A stretch of DNA of 64,000 nt from Candidatus Kuenenbacteria bacterium (GTDB lineage: Bacteria; Patescibacteriota; Patescibacteriia; UBA11705; JABHMO01): NCBI GenBank assembly GCA_013202715.1, contig JABMRF010000007.1, positions 72,566 to 136,565 of the forward strand, given 5' to 3'. The notes under the pieces are model-generated. The model was not told the DNA's origin and did not search any database. It saw only the letters and a list, made by a program, of their open reading frames with translations. Of this stretch, positions 9,733 to 18,440 are shown in pieces (positions within the stretch are counted from its first letter, which is position 1; every line of letters begins with the position of its first letter). The position numbers and the translations under genes were made by a program.

Positions 9733-12690
9733 ATGAGTCTAATTTCTGAGTCAAACGAACAACAAAGGCAAGCGATTGTCCATGAAAATGGGCCTCAGCT
9801 GATAGTTGCTGGCGCCGGAACAGGAAAAACTCGCGTTATTACAGCGCGAATTGCTTATTTGATTACAGAAAAGGATGTTAATGTGGATGAAATTTTAGCT
9901 TTGACTTTTACCGAGAAGGCGTCTCAGGAAATGGAAGAGCGGGTGGATCAGATGTTGCCATACGGATATGTTGATTTGTGGATTTCAACTTTTCATGCCT
10001 TTTGCGATAAAGTTTTGAAAAGGCATGCGCTTGATATTGGCCTTGCTAATGATTTTAAACTTTTGGATCAAACTGAAACCTGGCTTCTCATTAGAAAAAA
10101 CCTGGACAAGTTTAATCTGGATTATTATCGACCAATGGGTAATCCTTCCAAGTTTATTCACGCCCTAATCAAACATTTTTCCCGGTGCAAAGACGAAGGG
10201 ATTTATCCGAAAGATTATTTGGAATATGCAGAAGAAATTAAGTTAAACAACGATGCTCGCGACCTGGTTAAAACTATAAAACTTGATAAGTTTTCTGATG
10301 AACAAAAAAAAGAGTTATACGCTACAGAAATTCTCCGCGTTGAAGAGGTTGCAAACGCTTATCATGTTTATCAACAAATTCTTTTGGAAAATAACAGTTT
10401 GGATTTTGCGGATTTGATAAATTGGACGATAAAACTTTTCAAGGATCGCCCATTAATACTGGAAAAATACAGACAACAATTTAAATACGTTTTGGTTGAT
10501 GAATTTCAGGACACAAATTTCGTACAGTATGAATTGATAAAACAGTTGTCTGCACCAAAAAATAATATCACAGTTGTGGGCGATGACGATCAGTCGATTT
10601 ATAAATTCCGTGGTGCGTCCATTTCAAATATCATGCAGTTCAAAGAAGATTTTCCGGATGCAAAAGAGGTTGTGCTTACTGACAATTATCGTTCATGCCA
10701 GGAAATACTGGATTTGTCATATAAATTCATTATCCAAAACAATCCGTATCGACTGGAAGAAAAGCTTGGCATTGATAAAAAATTGATTTCACACAAAAAA
10801 GAAAATTGTGAGATCGAACATATTCACCGGCAGTCGGTAGAAGAAGAGGCTGAGGCCGTTATTAAAAAAATTATCCAAATTAGAAATGATAAACAGGTGG
10901 AGTGGTCTGATTTTGCGATTTTAGTTAGAGCCAATAACAGCGCTGATCTTTTTATTAATTATTTGGAGCAAGCAAAAATTCCATATCAGTTTTTAGCCAT
11001 GAAAGGACTTTACAATAAACCGCTCATCGTCGATTTGATCAGTTATTTTAAATTACTTGTTGATTATCATGAAAGTTCAGCAGTTTTTCGAATTCTAAAC
11101 CTGCAGTTTTTAGATTTAGCACCAGAACAAGTTATCAAGCTGATTCATTATTCCAGAAGAAAGGCAGTTTCTCTGTATGAGACTTTGAAATTGGCCACAA
11201 GTATTCCTGGTGTGAATGAGAGTACAATTATTACTTTGAGTAAAATAATTGCTCAGGTCGAAAAAGATACAGCACTCGCACAAAATAAAAAACCATCTGA
11301 AGTTTTGCTCAGTTTTGTCTATGATTCAGGGTATTTGGAATATTTGAAAAACCTACCAGAAGCCAAAGCAAAAGAAAATTTGGATTATTTACAGCAGTTT
11401 TTTAAAAAAGTTCAAAATTTTGAAACCAGCGCAGAAGATCCTCGTCTAACAGAATTTATGGAAATGCTCGATATGGAAATGCAGGCCGGTGATAGTGGAA
11501 AATTAATGTTTGACGTGGAGACCGGTCCGGATATGGTTAAAATTTTAACAATCCACAGCGCCAAGGGTCTGGAGTTTGATTATGTTTTTATAGCAAACTT
11601 AGTTGATCGAAAATTTCCAACTGATGAGCGCAAAGAGCCAATCGAAATACCGAGCGCCTTGATCAAAGAAAGTATACCAGAAGGGGATTTTCATTTGGAA
11701 GAAGAAAGACGACTCTTTTATGTCGCCATGACCAGAGCCAGAATGGGATTGTATTTTTCTTCGGCTGATAATTATGGAGGCGCGAGAAAGAAGAAGTTGT
11801 CGCGTTTTTTGACGGAGCTCGGATACGAGAAGGAAAAGGTAATAGAAATGGGAAAGGAAAAGGGGATAAAAGTGGTAAAAGGGGAAAAAAAAGAAACCGG
11901 ATTTGTTTACGAAGTCCCGAAAAAGTTCAGCTTTTCTCAAATGCAAGCTTATGAAATGTGTCCGCTCAAATATAAGTATGCAAATGTGCTTAAAATTCCG
12001 ACTTTTGGCAGTCATTATTTAACATTTGGAATCACAATCCACAATACGTTGCAAAAATTTCTTGAACAAAGCTTTGCCGCGAATTTAGTTGCCCAGCAAG
12101 ATCTATTTGGAGGGAAGAAGAGTGAGGGCAGTACACTCCTGGGGCTTGAAAAGCTTAATGAGCTTTATGAAGAGTGCTGGATAGATGATTGGTATGAAAA
12201 TGAAACTCAAAAGCAGGAATATTATAAAAAAGGAAAAGAGTTATTAAATAATTTTCATGAGAATTTTAAAAGAAATAATCCCAAAGTGAAATTTTTAGAA
12301 CAATCGTTTAATATAAAGCTTGGCGGTTATTCTTTTGGCGGACGAATTGACCGAGTTGATGAACTTGAAAATGGTATGGCGGAAATTGTTGATTATAAAA
12401 CCGGACAGTCCAAGGAAAAACTTTCGACCGATGATCGTAGGCAATTGTTGTTTTATCAAATCGCGGCTGAAGAAGCTCTTAATTTAAAATTGGAAAAATT
12501 AACTTACAATTATCTTGAATCTGGAACTGAATTATCGTTTCTTGGAAAAGAAGCGGACAAGCAAAAATTAAAAGATCGATTTTTGGAAAATATTGAACAG
12601 ATCAAGGATCAAAATTTTGATCCGAAGCCCAGTGTTCACATTTGTGCGTTTTGCGATTACAAAAATATTTGCGATTTTAGGAAAATTTAA
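9733..12690 (+). CDS. UvrD/PcrA-family SF1 helicase fused to a C-terminal RecB/Cas4-like PD-(D/E)XK nuclease with a Cys cluster
   Basis: Walker A GAGTGKT, DEFQDTN, ILTIHSAKGLEFDYVFIA and VAMTRAR helicase motifs. C-terminal RIDRVDEL...EIVDYKTGQ nuclease motif plus CAFCDYKNIC. Confidence 0.85.
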   Translation: MSLISESNEQQRQAIVHENGPQLIVAGAGTGKTRVITARIAYLITEKDVNVDEILALTFTEKASQEMEERVDQMLPYGYVDLWISTFHAFCDKVLKRHALDIGLANDFKLLDQTETWLLIRKNLDKFNLDYYRPMGNPSKFIHALIKHFSRCKDEGIYPKDYLEYAEEIKLNNDARDLVKTIKLDKFSDEQKKELYATEILRVEEVANAYHVYQQILLENNSLDFADLINWTIKLFKDRPLILEKYRQQFKYVLVDEFQDTNFVQYELIKQLSAPKNNITVVGDDDQSIYKFRGASISNIMQFKEDFPDAKEVVLTDNYRSCQEILDLSYKFIIQNNPYRLEEKLGIDKKLISHKKENCEIEHIHRQSVEEEAEAVIKKIIQIRNDKQVEWSDFAILVRANNSADLFINYLEQAKIPYQFLAMKGLYNKPLIVDLISYFKLLVDYHESSAVFRILNLQFLDLAPEQVIKLIHYSRRKAVSLYETLKLATSIPGVNESTIITLSKIIAQVEKDTALAQNKKPSEVLLSFVYDSGYLEYLKNLPEAKAKENLDYLQQFFKKVQNFETSAEDPRLTEFMEMLDMEMQAGDSGKLMFDVETGPDMVKILTIHSAKGLEFDYVFIANLVDRKFPTDERKEPIEIPSALIKESIPEGDFHLEEERRLFYVAMTRARMGLYFSSADNYGGARKKKLSRFLTELGYEKEKVIEMGKEKGIKVVKGEKKETGFVYEVPKKFSFSQMQAYEMCPLKYKYANVLKIPTFGSHYLTFGITIHNTLQKFLEQSFAANLVAQQDLFGGKKSEGSTLLGLEKLNELYEECWIDDWYENETQKQEYYKKGKELLNNFHENFKRNNPKVKFLEQSFNIKLGGYSFGGRIDRVDELENGMAEIVDYKTGQSKEKLSTDDRRQLLFYQIAAEEALNLKLEKLTYNYLESGTELSFLGKEADKQKLKDRFLENIEQIKDQNFDPKPSVHICAFCDYKNICDFRKI

Positions 12691-12736
12691 AAAAGAAACA
12701 CGCCCGCAGTGAAGCAGGCGTGAAGTTGATTTTTCT
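12691..12736. terminator. Bidirectional terminator between uvrD and the convergent GC-rich gene
   Basis: GC-rich stem (cacgcccgcagtgaagcaggcgtg) flanked by A/T runs. Confidence 0.5.
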
Positions 12737-13363
12737 CTACAGGTTGAGCTGCAACCGGAAAAGGAACATGTTCGTTTCCTTGTCCGCTGGCGAAATGTCG
12801 TAACCCAGCCAGAACATTGCCGAACCGGCGGAAATTCCTCCTCCGAATGCGGCTTCGAACCAGTCATCTTCACTGAGGAAATGTTCTGTGAAGAGGCCGA
12901 CGCCCCATTTCTCGAAATTGTACATGAGGGTCGAGAGGATGTAGTACTGCCTGAACGTGTGCTCTCCATCTCCCTCTGTCGAGAGAGGAAAGTAAACGTC
13001 GCCTTCCAGGAAGAACAGCAGTTCATCAAGGCCGAGTGTCTGTTCCATCCAGACTGAGGCCAGCGCGCTCGTGCCACCGTCAGGTGACATGAATGTGCCA
13101 CCGAGTAGCCAGAGAGTTGTCTTCGGTAGACTCAGCTTCGGCCCTACGTAGGTGAAAAGCATCGGAGTCATGGTTCCGAAGTCCATCAGCGCCGTTCCGT
13201 GTACGTAACAGCTGAGATGTGCACTTTTGCTGAGCTCCGCATCGCCGATGTCCCTGCCGACGGCGATCATCAGTTGCCCGGTGGTCGTGTGCTCCTCGGC
13301 AAGAACTGACGACGAGAGACAGATCAGACAAAGAACAAACGTGAACAGTTGCAGTTTTCGCAT
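12737..13363 (-). CDS. Secreted protein of atypical composition (~53% GC), possibly a small beta-barrel
   Basis: Signal peptide MRKLQLFTFVLCLICLSSSVLA; alternating hydrophobic pattern; C-terminal FRLQLNL; GC far above the genome background. Confidence 0.5.
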   Translation of the reverse strand: MRKLQLFTFVLCLICLSSSVLAEEHTTTGQLMIAVGRDIGDAELSKSAHLSCYVHGTALMDFGTMTPMLFTYVGPKLSLPKTTLWLLGGTFMSPDGGTSALASVWMEQTLGLDELLFFLEGDVYFPLSTEGDGEHTFRQYYILSTLMYNFEKWGVGLFTEHFLSEDDWFEAAFGGGISAGSAMFWLGYDISPADKETNMFLFRLQLNL

Positions 13364-13475
13364 TTTTTCCTCCTAAGGTTGCGAAATCATCCATCGATCA
13401 AATCTTAATCACTTAATACAAGAGTATAGCATACCGTTATATAACTGTCAATAGGTAAGCTAAAATTAGATAAAT

Positions 13476-13793
13476 ATGCCGGATTCATTCAAAAATCTCG
13501 TAGCGGGTAGATTTCAAAAATCGCCCTTGGCCAATCAAATCCGGTCCAGTCTTGTGATTGAATATGCAAACGAAACTATTAGACAGTTCTGGGGAAAAAA
13601 GGGGGCAGAGCAAGCCAAAGCGGTTTCATTAAAAAGACAAATTATCAAGATAGTGTGTCAGAATTCTATAATTGCTCAGGAGCTGAATTTTAAGAAGACA
13701 AAGATTATTGAATTAGTAAATCAGAAATTTCTGGCAGATACCGTCAAAAAACTCCAAATTGTGCAAAAGGGGATTGAAAAAGACCCAGTTTAA
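13476..13793 (+). CDS. DciA-like (DUF721) small protein
   Basis: 105 aa; pattern resembles DUF721/DciA (VIEYANETI...SLKRQIIKIV...SIIAQELNFKKTKIIELVNQ). Confidence 0.35.
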   Translation: MPDSFKNLVAGRFQKSPLANQIRSSLVIEYANETIRQFWGKKGAEQAKAVSLKRQIIKIVCQNSIIAQELNFKKTKIIELVNQKFLADTVKKLQIVQKGIEKDPV

Positions 13794-13807
13794 TGATAGA
13801 ATGGAAT

Positions 13808-13884
13808 TAGTCTAGAGTCAAAAGTCAATAGTCTAGAGTTATTACAACTCAAGACTTATGACTCAAGACTTTTGACTTGAGTTA
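13808..13884. repeat. Palindromic AGTC/GACT repeat cluster (copy 1)
   Basis: agtctagagtcaaaagtcaatagtctagagt ... actcaagacttatgactcaagacttttgacttgagt; same family as 50228-50302. Confidence 0.7.
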
Positions 13885-14270
13885 TGAGTGTAGTCAAATA
13901 TTTAATCATTCTCGGAATTTGCACCGGTCTTTGTTGGGTGTCTTGGTTTTTTGTAGTGTTATTTATGAATCCATTTGAAACCGGGATTTTAGCTTTTTTG
14001 TTTTTTTATCTAAGTCTTGCTTTAGCATTGATCGGTACGTTTTCAATATTGGGATATTTATTTCGAATGATGATTTTGAAAAAAGATGAAATAGCTCATC
14101 GAGGTGTGAATATAGCATCTCGTCAGTCAGTTTTATTTTCAATTTTAATTATTGCTGCTTTATTTTTGCAAAGTCAAAGATTTTTAACCTGGTGGATTTT
14201 AGTGATTCTACTTGTATTTTTGGCATTTGTTGAACTATTTTTCATTTCATATAAAAAAGTTAATAAATAG
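13884..14270 (+). CDS. Hypothetical membrane protein
   Basis: 128 aa with four predicted TM helices. Confidence 0.45.
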   Translation: MSVVKYLIILGICTGLCWVSWFFVVLFMNPFETGILAFLFFYLSLALALIGTFSILGYLFRMMILKKDEIAHRGVNIASRQSVLFSILIIAALFLQSQRFLTWWILVILLVFLAFVELFFISYKKVNK

Positions 14271-14284
14271 CGGGGAAAGTTAAA

Positions 14285-14407
14285 CAAGCTAGACAAGCCA
14301 GACAAGCCAGACGAGTAAAGCGAATTTTGAAGTTAACTTAATTAACTCAATTCGCTCAATTCGCTCTCCTTCTTTTCTCGCTTTTCTCGCTTGTCTGGCT
14401 AGTCTTG
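14285..14407. repeat. Long imperfect palindrome in the proS 5' region
   Basis: caagctagacaagccagacaagccagacgag ... ctcgcttttctcgcttgtctggctagtcttg with an agttaacttaattaact centre. Confidence 0.65.
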
Positions 14408-14416
14408 CTTTTAAAT

Positions 14417-15661
14417 ATGAGACAAAGTAAACTATTTACAAAAACAATCAAGGACGCGCCAAAAGATGAAGTGAGTGTGAATGCTCAGCTTTTGATTAAG
14501 GCCGGCTTTGTTGATAAATTAATGGCCGGAGTTTATTCGTATTTGCCACTCGGCCTACTTACTCTTCGAAAAATAAATGATGTTGTTCGTGAAGAGATGA
14601 ATGCGATAGATGGGCAGGAAATTTTAATGCCAGCTTTGTCACCAAAAGAATTGTGGGACAAGACCGGACGTTGGGAAGACCCGGGGACGGAAGTTATGTT
14701 TCAGTTCAAGGGGCGAAGTGACAAAGAACTCGGTTTAGGCTGGACTCATGAAGAGGTTGTAACCCCACTTGTTCAAAAATTTGTTAAGTCGTATAAAGAT
14801 CTCCCAGTTGCCGTCTATCAAATTCAAGACAAATTTCGTAATGAACCGAGAGCAAAGTCAGGATTGATGCGCGGAATTGAGTTTTCCATGAAAGACTTAT
14901 ACAGTTTTCATACAACTGAAGAGGATATGTGGGATTATTATGAAAAATCAAAGCAAGCATATTTAAACGTGTTCAATCGCTGTGGATTGGACGCCAAAAT
15001 TGTGGAAGCAAGTGGTGGCGCATTTTCAAAATATTCTCACGAGTTTCAGGTTTTAACAGAATATGGAGAAGATACAGTATTTTATTGTTCAAAATGTGAC
15101 TTTGCCCAGAATTCTGAAATATCGAAAGTGAAAGCAGGCGATAAATGTCCGAAATGCGGCGAATCAATTTCAGAAGGAAAAGCAATTGAAGTTGGAAATA
15201 TCTTTCCTTTGAAAACCAAGTATTCTAGCGCTTTTAAATTTAAATATACTGCTGAAAATGGGAAAGAACAGGATGTAATAATGGGCTGTTATGGCATTGG
15301 GCCGTCAAGGGTAATGGGCTCTGTTGTTGAAATTCATCATGACGACAAAGGGATGATCTGGCCGGAGGAAATTGCACCGTTCAAGGTACATTTGCTTTTT
15401 CTCGGAAAAGACGATAAGATAAAGGCTGCAGCAGAAAAGCTTTATTTGGGCTTAAATGAGGCCGGTATTGAGGTTTTATTTGATGATCGAGATGTTTCAG
15501 CTGGTGTAAAATTGAACGATAGCGATTTAATTGGTCTTCCATATCGGATTGTGGTCAGTGAGAAGACCCTAGCTGAGGATAGTGTTGAGCTAAAAAAACG
15601 TGCCGATGAAAAGGTTGACCTGGTTGAGTTGAAAAAGGTGGTGAAAATGCTTAGTGCTTAA
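14417..15661 (+). CDS. proS: Prolyl-tRNA synthetase (short form with a Cys4 zinc ribbon replacing the INS editing domain)
   Basis: Class II motifs (FRNEPRAKSGLMRGIEF, GCYGIG); CSKCDF...CPKCGE insertion between motifs 2 and 3; anticodon-binding C-terminus. Confidence 0.85.
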   Translation: MRQSKLFTKTIKDAPKDEVSVNAQLLIKAGFVDKLMAGVYSYLPLGLLTLRKINDVVREEMNAIDGQEILMPALSPKELWDKTGRWEDPGTEVMFQFKGRSDKELGLGWTHEEVVTPLVQKFVKSYKDLPVAVYQIQDKFRNEPRAKSGLMRGIEFSMKDLYSFHTTEEDMWDYYEKSKQAYLNVFNRCGLDAKIVEASGGAFSKYSHEFQVLTEYGEDTVFYCSKCDFAQNSEISKVKAGDKCPKCGESISEGKAIEVGNIFPLKTKYSSAFKFKYTAENGKEQDVIMGCYGIGPSRVMGSVVEIHHDDKGMIWPEEIAPFKVHLLFLGKDDKIKAAAEKLYLGLNEAGIEVLFDDRDVSAGVKLNDSDLIGLPYRIVVSEKTLAEDSVELKKRADEKVDLVELKKVVKMLSA

Positions 15662-15758
15662 AATTTTAATAACAATAAATCACATTTAACTTTTGTTATT
15701 TGGTATTTGACATTAAATTGACATTTGTCATTAGGCATTTGTCATTTTGTCTATAACA

Positions 15759-16814
15759 ATGTTCAATAATTTCTTGAATAAATTTTCAAAGAAAATAGGT
15801 ATTGACCTCGGAACGGCCAATACCGTGATTTGTTTACAAGACAAGGGCATTATTATTCGTGAACCGTCTATTGTCGCGGTAAATAATCGCCTGGATCAAA
15901 TTATTGCTGTTGGCGAAGAAGCCAGAAAAATGGTTGGCAAAACTCCAGCCTACATTACTTTGGTTTATCCATTGGTCAATGGCGTTATTTCAGATTTTGA
16001 AGTAACGGAAAAGATGTTAAAGTATTTTTTTGATAAGATATTTCAGGAAAATTTTAATTTTACCGCACGGCCAAGCGTGATTATCGGTATCCCACTTGAT
16101 CTTACGGAAGTTGAAAAAAAGGCGGTAGAGGATGCGGCTCTGGGTGCAGGTGCGGGCAAGGTTTTCCTAGTTGATGAAATTATGGCTTCTGCGATTGGGG
16201 CGAGGCTTCCCGTTCAGGATGCATCTGGCAGTATGCTGATCAGTCTTGGCGGAGGAAAAACAGAAATTGCGGTTATCTCTCTTCATGGAGTTGTTCTCTG
16301 GAAGTCATTAAAAGTTGCAGGGGAGGAATTAAGCAAAAATATTGTTCAATATGCTCGTGATAATTTTAATTTATTGATTGGTGAAAAAATTGCAGAGACT
16401 ATTAAAATGAAAATCGGTTCTTCCCATGAGCAGACAGAGCAATTGACTGTGGAAATGAGAGGTCGAGATTTGATTTCCGGTTTGCCGCGAGAAATCATTA
16501 TCAACGATTATCAGGTGAGAGAAGCACTGTCCGATTCAATTGCCAGTATTGTGGATGCCATTAAATCCGTTTTGGAAATAACGCCACCTGAATTGGTCGC
16601 AGATATTTATGAGCGTGGAATTGTGCTGTGTGGCGGTGGGGCTCAATTGAAAGGAATCGATCAAACCATTGCAAAGGAAACCGAAATTCCGGTCAGGATC
16701 GCTGATGATCCAACAACTTGTTCTATTCGTGGAATAAATTTGTTGCTTGATGATGAAAAACTTTTGAAAGAAGTTTTATTGCCATCAGCAAATGATGAAA
16801 AGGTTGTTAGATAA
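15759..16814 (+). CDS. mreB: Rod shape-determining protein MreB
   Basis: IGIDLGTANTVI phosphate-1 motif, actin fold, followed by mreC-mreD-mrdA. Confidence 0.9.
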   Translation: MFNNFLNKFSKKIGIDLGTANTVICLQDKGIIIREPSIVAVNNRLDQIIAVGEEARKMVGKTPAYITLVYPLVNGVISDFEVTEKMLKYFFDKIFQENFNFTARPSVIIGIPLDLTEVEKKAVEDAALGAGAGKVFLVDEIMASAIGARLPVQDASGSMLISLGGGKTEIAVISLHGVVLWKSLKVAGEELSKNIVQYARDNFNLLIGEKIAETIKMKIGSSHEQTEQLTVEMRGRDLISGLPREIIINDYQVREALSDSIASIVDAIKSVLEITPPELVADIYERGIVLCGGGAQLKGIDQTIAKETEIPVRIADDPTTCSIRGINLLLDDEKLLKEVLLPSANDEKVVR

Positions 16815-16931
16815 AACCCAAAACCCAAGGGAAATTAGAAGCACGAAATCAAAAACATAAAGGAGCTTCTTGGAATTTAAAATTTTTAATTTATCATTTC
16901 CTTTGAATTTTGAGTTTTGTGCTTTGAATTT

Positions 16932-17744
16932 ATGCTTAAGAAGTCTTCAAAATTAATTCTGATTACAGTAGTTACAATTCTTCTACTGTTTTTTTTGCAT
17001 TACATAAGAGTGTTAAGTCCATTGGAAAATCTGATTGTCTCGACAACCAAACCTATATTTCATGGCGTTTATAAAACATCGAATTGGATTGGTGAAAATT
17101 ATCTTGACTATCAGTCCAGACAAAGACTTCTCCAAGAAAATAAGCAATTAAAAGATGACTTAGTTACATTGCTAAGAGAAAAAAGCCAATATTTAGTTGA
17201 AAAAGAAGAGAATGAATTTTTGAGATCTCAACTAAAAGTATTACAGGATAATAATTACGAATACGAAATAGCTAGAGTTATTGGAAAAAACGTAGACAAT
17301 ACGCAAAATTCTTTAGTCATTGACAAGGGAACCAAAAACAATATTTTGGTTGGTCAGCCGGTCTTGGCTGAACAGGGTATTTTGGTTGGAAAAATAATCA
17401 AGGTTACCAAGAATAGCGCCATGGTTTTATTAATTAACGATGATTTGTCAAAAGTAGCGGCAAAAATTCAAAATGACGCGAAAACGATTGGAATTGTAGA
17501 AGGGGAATATGGACTGGGCATCAAAATGAGACTGATTCCCAAAATTGAATTAGTAAAGGAGACAGATATTGTGGTAACGTCCGGACTTGAAAAGTACGTA
17601 CCGCCGAACTTGATAATTGGACAAATTGACAATGTGGTCGATCAACCGGAGGCCCTTTTTCAGGAGGCATCAATCAACTCGATTGTCGATTTATCCAAAG
17701 TGACTTTAGTTAATGTTATTATTGAAAAAATAGAGAATGATTAA
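16932..17744 (+). CDS. mreC: Rod shape-determining protein MreC
   Basis: TM anchor, coiled coil, then a beta-rich domain; operon position. Confidence 0.75.
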   Translation: MLKKSSKLILITVVTILLLFFLHYIRVLSPLENLIVSTTKPIFHGVYKTSNWIGENYLDYQSRQRLLQENKQLKDDLVTLLREKSQYLVEKEENEFLRSQLKVLQDNNYEYEIARVIGKNVDNTQNSLVIDKGTKNNILVGQPVLAEQGILVGKIIKVTKNSAMVLLINDDLSKVAAKIQNDAKTIGIVEGEYGLGIKMRLIPKIELVKETDIVVTSGLEKYVPPNLIIGQIDNVVDQPEALFQEASINSIVDLSKVTLVNVIIEKIEND

Positions 17745-18276
17745 ATTTATAAAACATTTTTTGTTACTGTTCAGTTTATTGATTGCCCAAATAGCTGTTG
17801 TGCCGGCCTTGCCAGGAAATTTTAAAAATTTGAATGTTATTTTGATTTCATTAGTTTTTATTTGTATCGTTTACAGATTTTATCTTGGGGTGAGTTATGC
17901 TCTGATTCTCGGTTTTGTTCTTGAATTATATTCAGCTCTGCCGTTTGGAGCCATGATTTTAAGTTTAATGTTGACTTTGTACGTGATTTATAAAATTTTT
18001 CAACATTTGCTTACTAATAAATCGTTTTACACACTGGCAGGCTTGAGTATTTTGGCAACGGTTATTTACAATGGGTTTATTTATGTTTACTTAGTGGCTC
18101 TTTACTTCAATCAAACAAAAGATCTTCAATTGATAAAACAGCTGTCAGTTTTGTCGGGAGTAAATATACTCTGGCAGTTGTTATTCAATATAATTTTTGT
18201 AACTATTTTATTTATTTTCTTTCATGTTTCAAGTACCAGATTTAAAGCAGTTTTTGTGGACACGGTCAAGAGGTAG
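17737..18276 (+). CDS. mreD: Rod shape-determining protein MreD
   Basis: Polytopic membrane protein overlapping the mreC stop, in the canonical position. Confidence 0.65.
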   Translation: MIKFIKHFLLLFSLLIAQIAVVPALPGNFKNLNVILISLVFICIVYRFYLGVSYALILGFVLELYSALPFGAMILSLMLTLYVIYKIFQHLLTNKSFYTLAGLSILATVIYNGFIYVYLVALYFNQTKDLQLIKQLSVLSGVNILWQLLFNIIFVTILFIFFHVSSTRFKAVFVDTVKR

Positions 18277-18282
18277 AAAATG

Positions 18283-18437
18283 AAGAGCAAAGATCAAAGT
18301 TCAAGGATCAAAGAAAGATTAAGGAGTAAAGCATAAAGAATAAAGGCAGGTGAAAAAAGAGCTCTATCTCTTTTTGCTTTAATCTTTAAGCCTTGCCCTT
18401 TCTTTGCTCTTTGCTCCTTGTCCCTTGACCCTTAATT
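18283..18437. repeat. Long imperfect purine-arm/pyrimidine-arm palindrome upstream of mrdA
   Basis: gaagagcaaagatcaaag...aaggcagg versus ccttgccctttctttgctctttgctccttg; central aaaaagag/ctcttttt hairpin. Confidence 0.65.
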
Positions 18438-18440
18438 AGC

